NCBI GenBank assembly: GCA_964016885.1
Contig: OZ024743.1
Coordinates: 61,256,001 to 61,320,000 of the forward strand
Direction of reading: 5' to 3'
DNA from: Eledone cirrhosa
Taxonomy: Eukaryota
DNA length: 64,000 bases
A program made the position numbers and the translations under genes. Numbering within the stretch: position 1 is the stretch's first letter; each line of letters opens with the position of its first letter. The notes beneath the pieces were generated by a model that did no database searches, was not told the DNA's origin, and was given only the letters and a program-made list of their open reading frames with translations. Shown piece by piece: positions 53,229 to 64,000 of the stretch.

Positions 53229-53435
53229 GGTCTAATCGGACGTATTTTGCTCGCTCCCAGTAAGTCACTTTATTTGCCTGTTAAAATTACTTATTGTTAA
53301 ATATTTCTTGATGTGTAAGGGATATAAGCCCTTAGACTTTGCCCTGTAACGGGGAAAGTATAATATTTGGGCCTTTTGGCCCAAATATTTGAACTTTTTT
53401 TACATTTTAAAAGAATTTACGGAGAAAAAAAAAAC

Positions 53436-55416
53436 ATGGCTGAGCCACGCCCCCAGCGATATGTCTGTTGTCGTGCGACAACGACGTGGAAGTTGAGAGG
53501 AGCGCTACAGCGAAATTAACACAAATTGATAACACAAACACCACCACAAACAATGTAAACAAAGACACCAATGATACCAATGAGAACTCTAATTTTGAAA
53601 AAAATGACTGTAATAGCGACAACGAAAATACAGATAACAAAAAAAAAATGACAAATGCAACAACAATATCAACACCACTAACATGAAAACAAATAGCGAC
53701 AACACCAACAACAACAATACCAACTGCACCGAGAACAACGGTGGCAACAAAGACAACAATGATAACAGCGACAGTGATAACAACAACACCAACAAGAACA
53801 ATGACAACGACTCAACACCCCCAACGAAAACAAGAACACTTTCGCTGCGGCAGCAGCAAAAAAAGAGGACATGCTTCAACATGGACCTCTCAAACAAAGA
53901 TGAAAAGTTGGCCCAGAGATGGAAGCTCATCAAGCAAGAGCAAACCTGGGCCAACTTAACTGTCCTAGTAGAGGCTATTGAGGTAGTGGAGCGCAGAACG
54001 GTGCATTATAGATGCATCTCATCACAAACCAAAAGGGCAGCTTTAATCCCACAAGCAGATGTCGAAGTCGCGCTGAGATGCATCAGGGGAGACACCGAAT
54101 ACATAAAGAGCGGCAGACAGTACGGCACCATTTCGGTGTTGTTCAAGTCAGAAGCCCTCGCTTTGAAACACGCTATGACTCCTTGCAAAACCAGCAAGGT
54201 CATAATGTACCCCTCCCACATGGGAAAAAGAACGGCCCGTCTCCGCATTCCCAGAATCCCACCAGGACTTGACATGTGGTGGCTTCTGGGATGTGTGATT
54301 GTGGAGGGGACGGATACCGTCCCTATATAAGTGACCAGAAGGGCCAGAGAGGACTGGTCCGGGGTTGACCTGGAGATCATTCTCCAGATCAGGCCCGAGA
54401 ATGTGAAGACAATCCCGGACCACATCCGCCTTCAGGATGGGACGGTCATTCACATTATGACCGAAGGCAAAAGGCCGCAGTGTTTTGTTTGTGGGGAAAC
54501 AACCCATTTGCGAGCCTTCTGCCCTCAACTGCTGAAAGAGGCAAGGAGTCGAAAGGCGCCACTGCTGCCAACGCCGGGGCGAGGACCACAATTAACACCA
54601 GCACCGGCAAAACCACCAACAACAACACCAATAGAAAGACCACCACCAACATTGACCACCCAGGGGTGAAACGAGGAAAGCTGTCAAATTCCCCCTCCCT
54701 CAAAAAATACACACACCAATAAAACCATAAACATACATACAGACACACTTACAGACACAGACTGTTCATCTACCAGTAGTGAAAATGAGGGGAAACCAAA
54801 ATCCCCCAAAATACAAAAAAGGAAACACAAAAAGAAAAGAAAAACTCAACAAAGCACAAAATCACCCACAATAAAATACGCAGACACCACCCACGCAAAC
54901 ATCTCTCCAATAACACCAACATCAACACCACCATCACCAGCACCAGAATCCCCCAAACGCAAACAACTTAAACAGACGCAAGAACAAATATACACACAAA
55001 CATCTGAAACCACAGACACCGCACTCACAACAAACACAGACACAACCGAAACAACACCACCAAAACCATCACCACCACAGCCACGCAAACAAATAAAATC
55101 ACACCAACAAAACATACAAAACTTCGTGCTCGTCAGAAGGGCCAACAAGGAACTGATGGCCCTCGTAGCACGAAGTGAAAATATACAAAAAGAGGGGGAA
55201 ATTTTTAAATCCAGCACATTTCGCGTGCCGGAAGATTTGGTTCTGGTGCGAATGTCGATTAATTTATTCAAGGAAATACGAGACAGCTTTCCTCGGGACG
55301 TGGGAACCCCGAACGTAAAACACACTTCAAGACTTTTAAAGGGGTTCCCAAAAGAAACCCCACCAACTATGGAGGTCGAACAACCCGACCTTTACAAGAG
55401 CCCGGAAGGTAAGTAA
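53436..55416 (+). pseudogene. LINE ORF1 (CCHC zinc knuckle), disrupted
   Basis: CFVCGETTHLRAFC; stops and frameshifts. Confidence 0.85.
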
Positions 55417-55447
55417 ACCTTCCTCTCTCTCTTTTTAACCTGCCAAC

Positions 55448-58400
55448 ATGGCCGTATTAAGAGTAGGATGTTTAAATGTTCGAGGCCTGGGATCGTCCTG
55501 GAAGCAGGATCACCTGCTCAACGACCTCAGGTCTATAGAAATGGATGTAATTGCCGTCAGCGAGACCAGGATTTCCGACACGCGCGCACTAGCCTCCATT
55601 TTCGACGACTATCAGATCTTTGCATCTGTTAGCCGGCCGGGAATGGGAGGCGGGGTGGCAGTGCTGTTTAGGAAAGGCCTGGATCTCGAGGTAAGGTCGA
55701 TCTTCCGGGACCCAGACGGGAAGTTGGTGGTCCTGGACGTGAACAATAACGAAGGTGGTGCCTTTAGACTGGTGGCCGTCTATGCTCCTACTGGGGCAGG
55801 ACGGCCGGACTTTAGCTGCCTGGAAGCCCTTCTGGGCACGTCTCGCCCTTTACTGTTAGCGGGGGACTGGAACGGCAGCTTAGACGTACGCTGGGACTGT
55901 GTGGGAGTATCCGATACGAGCGGGGGTGCAAAAGCCTCAAGAACCTGATCTGCCAGTTCCAACTGTCTGACTGGTACCGACTAGATTTCTCTAATGCGCC
56001 AGTGTGAACCTGGGCTAACCGCATAGGGTCATCTAGATCGTATATAGACAGGATATTCATTAGGAAAATAGACAGAAATAGTGTAAGTTGTCCACGTTTT
56101 GAAACGGTCGCCTATTCAGATCACAAGTTTGTGATCTGTATGGTCGACCTAGATAAGACACGTAGGTTAGGACCTGGTTACTGGAAGCTAAACATGTCAT
56201 TTCCGGTACGTAAGGCTTACAGGGACCAGGTCAACAATTTAGTTAAGAAAAAGTTGACAGGGGGAGTCGTCAACAATAGATGATGGGGGGGGGGGGGTCT
56301 CTCAAAAGAGAGATTAGAGTAATGTCGATAGAGTTTAGCAAAGAAGTAGCGTTAGAGAAAAATAGAAAGGAGGGGGAGTTGGTAGATACGTTAGACGAGG
56401 CTATTGTTAGTGGCATTGCAACTGACGTGCTAGCGGCGAGAATGGCATTAGACCATTTATTCAATGCGAAACACGAAGGTTGCATTGTCAGAGCTAAGGC
56501 GCGTGCTCTGAGAAACGAGGGAACCAAAGCTGTTCGATGGGCCCGCGTGGCAGAGGCGCAGCGTGGTAATAAAACCACGATTCGGTCTTTGACGGACCGA
56601 ATCGTGGTGTTGACGGACCGAGACGGACACGAGCTGAGCGATTCTAAGCGGATGTGTGAGGCCTTTTGCCAACATTTTTCTCGGTTGTTCGGGGGAAGTG
56701 GCGGGTCAGAGATGTGGCGGACTTCAGTCCCTACCTCGATGGCTTGCCGCAACTCTCGACGGATGACGCTGGGCGCTGCGAAAGGCCAATTACTTCAGCC
56801 GAGATTCAGGATGCCCTTGTCGGCTGCATGAGGCGCAAGTCACCCGGTTTGGATGGTCTGCCTTACGAGCTTTACGTAAATATGCCAGACTTGTTCTCCA
56901 ATCTCCTCGAAGCCCTCTACTGCAACTGGCAACAAAACGGGAGTATTCCCAGTTCTGTGAGCCGGGCGTAGTGACGCTGATAAGGAAAGACGAGAACAAG
57001 AGGGACACATTAGACAATTTCAGGCCCATAATTCTGCTCAACACAGAGTTTAAGATTTTGGCCAGGGTGTTAGCGAAGAGGTTGGCGCTTGTCGTCGGGG
57101 ATTTGGTTGGGGAGGCGCAAAGTTGCGCAATCCCATCCAGGTCCATACACGACAACCTCCACCTAATGCGATACATCATAGAGAGGGTAGGGGGTAAACC
57201 TGGCTTCGGTGGGGCTCTGATCAATTTAGATCAATCGAAAGCATTCGATAGGGTCGACCATCGGTACCTGGAGGCTGTCCTCAAGGCGGCTGGCTTCGGC
57301 CCGGTCTTCAGAAGCTGGATCGCTGCAATGCACAGCGGCACCTGCTCGATGGTCAAAATTAATGGCCACCGCTCGGAACAGTTTCAGGTCTCCCGATCGG
57401 TCCGTCAAAGGTGCCCTCTCTCCTCCCTTCTGTACGTATTGACTTTCGAGCCTTTACTGCGGAAGCTGGAGCTGTTGCAGGGCATCCTGCTCGAACCGGG
57501 ACACGGAAAGGCTGTGTCGGCTTATGCGGACGACATCACCGTGATGGTGTCGGACACCTCAGAAATCGAGGTGGTCGGCAACTTATTGGAGGAATATGAA
57601 AGGTTGACGGGAGCAAAACTTAACTCGGAAAAGTCGGTGGGCTTGCAACTCGGCACCTGGAGAGGCAAGTCCATGCCGTCCAACAGCGTCGTTAGGCGCT
57701 GGACGGACGGACGGGTAAGGTTGTTAGGGGTTTGGTTCGGGCCAGACCTCCAGGTGGATAAGAATTGGGACGAGGTGACGGGCAGGGTAGCCAGTCTCAC
57801 CCAGAAATGGGCTGGGATTTAGCTATCACTGAAAGGTCGGGCGGAGGTGGCGTCCGTCATCTACTACCGTCTGACCGTCATCCCTTGCCCCCGTTCGCGC
57901 CTCGCCATCTTGGAGCGGCTCCTCTTCAAATTCTTGTGGAGGGGTCAGGTTCCGCTGGTGAGGTGGTCCATCTGCTGCCAGCACCCTCTACGTGGAGGGC
58001 TGGGCATGCCGTGGCCAATGATGCGCAGGCACGCGCTGAGGCTGCGGCATCTCCAGATATTCTGCCTAAACGGTGAACAGGTGAGGTCGCCGTTTGTCAG
58101 ACGGGCCTTTCCGCTGCTCGTTCTTTGACTGAGTTGCAGTCCGGGGTCAAGAAGAGACCGAGACTGGGTGACTGGCATCTGGAATGTTGCCAGGCACTCA
58201 CTGCCCTCTACCAGGCGGGCAATACGGTCAGTGGAACTTCCACTCTTGAGTTCTATAGAGGATTAGTGGTGGACGACGCACTCGGAGAGGCTCTGGGAGT
58301 CGACGAAGTCGAACTAACCAGTCTGTACCGGAGGACTTTCGAGCCGGGGACGATGGATAATTTCCAAAAATCCCTCGCTTGGCAGTGCTACCGGGAGGAA

Positions 58401-58869
58401 CTGCCTGTTCGAGATAAGCTCTACAGGCACGGTAGTGCTGTCAGACGGACCTGCCCGAGATGCGCGCAGAGTGACGAAACCGTTCTGCACGCACTAGTCC
58501 AGTGTCCGTGCATTACTGACTTGTGGAGTTATGTTGAACAGTTGTTGTCGCGTGTAGAACGGATCCGGCTATCGGCCGAGTCCATAGTGAAGATAGACCC
58601 GCGGCCTTCTTTTGGCCAGGATGGGCAGGCAATTTTTCCTCTGTCTGGTGGCAGTAGTGAAAGAGGTTGTGTGGTGGACGAGTTTGAAAGGACTGAAGAC
58701 AGACACTTTTCTCTTCGGCCAATCCCTCATCAACTTTTTCAAGTTTCACTTGGAAAGGAAGGTGAGGGTGGAGAGAGCAATGCTGTCCCTCAGTACATTT
58801 GCTGAAAGGTGGGTGAATGTGGCGAGAATGGCCCGGGTGAGTGGGCCTACTCTCGTCATGCGGCTGTAG
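55448..58869 (+). pseudogene. LINE ORF2: APE endonuclease + reverse transcriptase + CCHC, disrupted
   Basis: LNVRGL, VSETR, GDWN, YIDRIF, SDHK; KSPGLDGL, NFRPII, LDQSKAFDRV, VRQRCPLS, AYADDI; CPRC..H...C. Confidence 0.95.
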
Positions 58870-59363
58870 GTAGCTAAATTTGAGGAGGAGAGGGGTGCCC
58901 TTCCAGGGTGCTCTCGAAGCGTCGGGTCGTTCAGGATTGGTGGGGTACCTGAACGAATCCTGGGTGGTCATCCCCCCTATTGGGGAATTTTTTCTTGTAA
59001 TTTTCTTGTTACTTTATTGTTACTTTGTTATTGTTATTCACATTGTTTACTCGATTTCTCTGTAAAACCCCACTGTCCCAGTCTTTTGTATTGTCCCCTA
59101 TATGTCGGCCCTTGTGGCCAATAAATGAAATCATTATTATTATTATTGGCGACCTACGTAGTAAATCGTATCATGGTGAGCTCCGCAAAGGTTTGTTATT
59201 TTCAGTTGTTTAAAATTACCATTTATGGAACATTTTTATTGTTAACTGTATATAAGTGCACATACATTGATTTCTGAAAAGGACACTCAAAGATATTGGG
59301 GCCTTGAGCCCAAAATTTAAACTTTTTATAATTATCAAACAAAAATTTTTCTTTGAAAAAATA

Positions 59364-61191
59364 ATGGATGACTCAGATTCACTCCTTCCTCACACACTAA
59401 CACCTCACACCGACACCACCATTGTAAATATTACTACGTTTGCCAACACTGGAAATGTTAGCAGTAGCAATATTTTAAATTTGTCTCAGGCAGACGTTCA
59501 TTTCCCGCCATTACCAATGACTGCAGGTGTTAAAGCCGCCACCACCATCACCACCGCGACAACTACCACCCCCACCCCACCACAGCGACAACAGAAACAA
59601 AAGAAAAAGATAAATTAACTCGTGATATCGAAATGAATTCAACCAAAATGAACTTTTCCACACCGAACACCACTGACGCCACCACCACCACAACTGAAAC
59701 TAAAATTAACAATAGCAAAAATAACGATAACAACAACAGCAACAATGAAATTAAGAAAACTACCCTGAGTTTTGCCAGAGTAGCAAAAACGTGCGAAGCG
59801 ATCCAGGTAACTCAGGAGGAATTAGAAGAAGCCAAAGGAATGGTAAAGAAAGATGGGTACAGGGTCAGACTCACCCCCCCTCCTAATAAAATGGAGCAAC
59901 GTCGCCTATGCACCGTGTCTTATCGGACAATAAACATAAAATCGCGCCGAGTGGAACGGGCATCCAAGTCCCAAATCCAAAAAGCTTTGGGACATGTGTG
60001 GGAAAAAAAACCCCACATCAGACGTGGGCAGAAGTATGGAACCGTGGACGTGTTCTTTGAAACACCACAGGAGGCCAGAGAACACTCCGTGGCCCCATTA
60101 AGAAGTGACGACTTACACTCGTCCCAAGCTATTGTGGCCAGAGACTTGTGAAGATCAGGGTGACCCACGTTCCACCGGCCATCGAAATTCCCTGGCTAAT
60201 GGCTGCCGTCCTCACCGGCATCGAGGCCAACACCAAAATAATAGAAATAGCAAAAGAAAAGCAGGAGAACTGGTCCGGATCTGGGATGGAGCTCCTGATC
60301 CAAGCGGACCATAAAAGCATTGAGGATATCCCAGAGGTAATAGACCTCACTGACGGCAGCCACCTCACCGTAATCGTCGAGGGTAGAAGACCTAGGTGTG
60401 TCGTTTGTGGTGAAGGAACCCACCTAAGGGCTTTCTGCCCTCAGGCTAAAAGGTTGAGGCCACCTCTCTTACTCATCCCAGTGACTCAACCATCAACACC
60501 ACCAGCAGAAATGGCAGCAACAACTGTAGCAGCAACAACAGAAGCAACTGTAACAGCAGCAACCCCAGCAACAGTAGCAAAACCAACACCACCACCACCC
60601 AACGCGCCAGAACTAGCACCAGCGCCTACACCATCCACCACGCCACAACCAAAACCAACGCCTGTGGAGGATTTTCCACTCCACGGCTTATCGCAACTGG
60701 AGGCAGATTGCGACGACGAGAAGTGGGAAACGGTATCAGGAAAAAAAAAAAGAAACCAAAAAAGAAAAAATTCTCTTCCTTCCCCCTCCAAAAACAAAAT
60801 ACAGAGGGAAACAAATAAATTAACAAACAAAAAAGTTAGGACAGATATGCCACCATCCACACCAGCATCACCAACCCCATCACCACAAACACCAACACCA
60901 TCACCATCATTAACCCCAACACCACAAAAGTCACCAAAAAGCGTAACAGAAACAAATCCACAACAAACGCAAACAAAACAAAACAACCAAAACGATACAC
61001 ACTACACAGCATTAAATTTGAACAACAACCAATTATTACACTACATGCAACACAACACCAGCATCACAGAAAAAGACTACACAACAACCCCAAAATTCAC
61101 ACCACCTCCACACATACAAATCACTCGCATCACACAGAAAACGTACACGACACTAAAACAAAAATTCCCCAAAGACATCGGAGACTTCTGA
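59364..61191 (+). pseudogene. LINE ORF1 (CCHC zinc knuckle), frameshifted
   Basis: RGQKYGTVDVFF and CVVCGEGTHLRAFC; homologous to ORF1 at 53436. Confidence 0.85.
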
Positions 61192-61327
61192 CAAACACTC
61201 TCCAGGAGGATTTATAAGGACATCCTTCCGGAGGAGGCCACAAGCAGTGAAAAGGATGGAAAAACCATCCTTCCTCTACGAGAAGTAAGGTAAGTGGTCT
61301 TTCCCATCTTTTCCACTCCATTTCAAC

Positions 61328-63766
61328 ATGACCTCTCTCAGAATAGGTAGCATAAATGCGCGTGGCTTGGGGTCGTCATGGAAGCAGAGCCACCTGCTCA
61401 ACGACTTCAGGTCACTAAACATAGATGTAGTGGCCATCAGCGAGACCAGAATCTCCGAAGCACGGGCCTTCGCACCGATCTCCGGCGGCTACGATGTGTA
61501 CGCATCTCCCAGCCGTCCAGGATCGGGGGAGGAGTTGCTGTGCTTTTTCGGAGCGGTTTGGATCTTGTCATACTGGCCATCTTCCTGGACCCAGAAGGTA
61601 AGTTGGTGGTGCTGGACGTGACCAGCGGAGACGGGCAAGCTTTCAGGTTAGTGGCCGTCTATGTCCCGACAGGAGCAGGGCGGCCTGATTTCTTCCGGCG
61701 TCTAGAGACCTTTCTTGGAACGTCCCGCTCTTTAGTGTTAGTTGGCGACTTGAACGGGATCTTAGATGCACGCTGGGATTGTGTGGGATTAGTGGATAGG
61801 GAAGGAGGGTGCAAGAGTCTCACCAACCTGCTCAGGCGTTTTGAACTGTCTGACAGGTACCGAATGGATTTCCCGAATGTACCAATGTGGACTTGGACAA
61901 ATCGCATAGGGTCATCCAGATCATATCTAGATAGAGTATTTTGTAGGGAAATAGATAGGTCTAGCATAGGCTGTCCACAATTCAAGATAGTCAGCTACAC
62001 GGACCACAAATTCGTGATCTGTGTGCTTGACTTAGATAGGCTTCATAGACGAGGACTCGGCTACTGGAAGCTAAACGCGTCCTTACCAGCGTGCAAGGCC
62101 TACAGAGACCGGATTAGCGAACTAGTTAAGCGGGCGTTGACGGGGTCCATCGTCAACAACAAGTGGTGGTTTGCTCTGAAAAGAGCAATTAGAATAGAGT
62201 CCATTAGGTTTAGTAAGGCTTTAGCAATAGAGAAAAATAGAGCAGAGGGAGAATTAGTTAGAAAATTAGACGAGGCGCTTAGCAAAGGCATCGCGACCGA
62301 CGTACTTGCGGCGAAATTGGCCCTTGAACAATTCTTCAATGCAAAGCACGAAGGCTGCGTTGTCAGAGCTAGGGTGCGTGCTCTCAGACACGAGGGGACG
62401 AAAGCCGTTCAATGGGCCCGGGTGGCGGAGGCGCCATAGTCACCGTAGTGGTGTCACCGTAGTGGTGTCGAACACCAAACACATCGAGGCGATCGGCACT
62501 ACACTAAGAGAATACGAAGCGGTGACAGGAGCAATGATCAACCAGGAAAAGTCAGTGGGTCTGCAGCTCGGCACCTGGAGAGGCAGGTCCATGCCGTCCA
62601 ACAGCGTCGTCGGGCGCTGGACGGACGGACCGGTTAAATTGCTAGGGGTCTGGTTCGGTCCAGACCTCCAGACGAACAAAAACTGGGACGAGGTGACGAG
62701 CAGAGTGGCTTCTCTCACCCAGAAATGGGCCGAGAGGAAGCTATCCCTGAAAGGTCGAGCGGAGGTGGCTAACGCGTACATCGCCTCCGTCATCTACTAC
62801 CGCCTGACCGTCGTACCTTGTCCTAAGCCCCGCCTGACTGCGCTGGAGCGTTTGCTCTTTCGCTTCTTGTGGAAGGGACGCGCTCCGATGGTCAGGCGGT
62901 CCATCTGCTGTCAACACCCGCTACGTGGAGGGCTACGACATCTCCACCTCTTCCTCGACGGTGATCAGGTGTGGTCGCCGTTTGCTAGACACGTTTTTCC
63001 CCAGCTCGTCTCCTTGACGGAGCTGCAGTCCTGGGTCAAGCGAAGACCGAGAGGGAGCGCTTGGAGACTGGAATGTCTTCAGGCGCTCACAGCCCTCGAC
63101 CAATCGGGCAATGTGATCGGTGGAAACTCCACCTTGGCGTTCTATAGGGGATTAGTGGAGGGTAAGAGCGACGACGTACTTGGAGAAACTCTAGGCGTCG
63201 ACGAAAATCAACTAGCCAATCTCTTCGGAAGGACTTTCGGGCCGGGGCCTATGGACAACTTCCAGAAATCCCTGGCCTCGCAGTGCTACCGGGGAGCTTT
63301 GCCAGTTCGGGATAAACTCTACAGGCATGGAGGTGCCGTCAGCCGAGCATGTCCGAGATGCGCACAGGGCGACGAAACCGTCCTGCACGCACTCGTCCAG
63401 TGTCCGTGCATTGCTGACTTGTGGGTTTATGTCAAACACCTGCTGTCACGTGTAGGACGGATCCAGCTATCAGCTGAGTCCATCGTGAGGATTGCCCCGC
63501 CCTCTACCTTTAGCTGGGAAGGGCAGGCAGTTTTTATCTGTCCGGTGGCCATAGCAAAAGAGATAGTATGGTGGACACGTTTGAAAGGGCTGAAGACGAG
63601 CACTTGCCTCTTCGGTGATGCCCTGATTAACTTTTTCAAATTTCATTTGAAAAGGAAAATCAGGGTAGAGAGGGAAGTGCTCTCTTCCCAGCATTTTGTT
63701 GAAAGATGGGTGAGAGAAGCAAGTATGGCCCGAATGAATGGGCCTTCTCTGAGTATGTGTCTGTAA
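61328..63766 (+). pseudogene. LINE ORF2, APE + C-terminus, RT deleted
   Basis: SINARGL, ISETR, GDLN, SYLDRVF, TDHK; no YADD. Confidence 0.92.
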
Positions 63767-64000
63767 ATTAAAGGTGGAAAACTGGGAGAGGGCACTTGCC
63801 CTGGTGGTCAGGGTCACTGTGGTCTTTTAATGGGCTTTCTCCACAAATGTCCCTCGGAAGTCTCCCCCCTATTGGGGAATTTTTCTTTGTTATTTTATTA
63901 CATCCTCTGTTTTTTTACACGCAGAAATGCCCATTTGTACCGTCCTGTATTGTCCTGTACTGTCCTTAATGTCTACTTTATCTAAACCCTTGTGGTTAAT

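Larger units (their letters stand above)
53229..59147 (+). mobile_element. Full-length Tx1/L1-clade LINE (array member 2)
   Basis: 5' UTR, ORF1, APE-RT ORF2, 3' UTR and (ATT)n tail. Confidence 0.96.
59148..64000 (+). mobile_element. Tx1/L1-clade LINE of a different subfamily with the RT core deleted (array member 3; runs off the window)
   Basis: ORF1 and APE are present; the sequence jumps from VAEA to VTVVVSN at about 62435; the 3' UTR motif accct tgtggttaat is at the window end. Confidence 0.95.

Overview
AT-rich eukaryotic (animal) genomic DNA. The repeat repertoire resembles an octopod cephalopod, which is an inference. No host protein-coding gene can be supported, and most ORF-track entries are translations of microsatellites. 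The window is almost entirely repeats: a mariner relic, a hAT MITE, a helicase-only Helitron plus mini-Helitrons, three R4/Dong-clade LINE copies, a CRE-clade fragment, RTE-derived non-autonomous elements, many tRNA-derived SINEs, a 9-kb satellite, and a head-to-tail array of three Tx1/L1-clade LINEs. The most notable signal is non-coding. At least four distinct hammerhead ribozyme (HHR) motif families are present. Two of them sit in 486-bp and 420-bp tandem-plus-inverted repeat units typical of Penelope pseudo-LTRs or retrozymes. Three of them are packed into one ~4-kb ORF-less cassette. A second copy of that cassette sits inside a Dong LINE RT gene, flanked by a perfect 15-bp target-site duplication.
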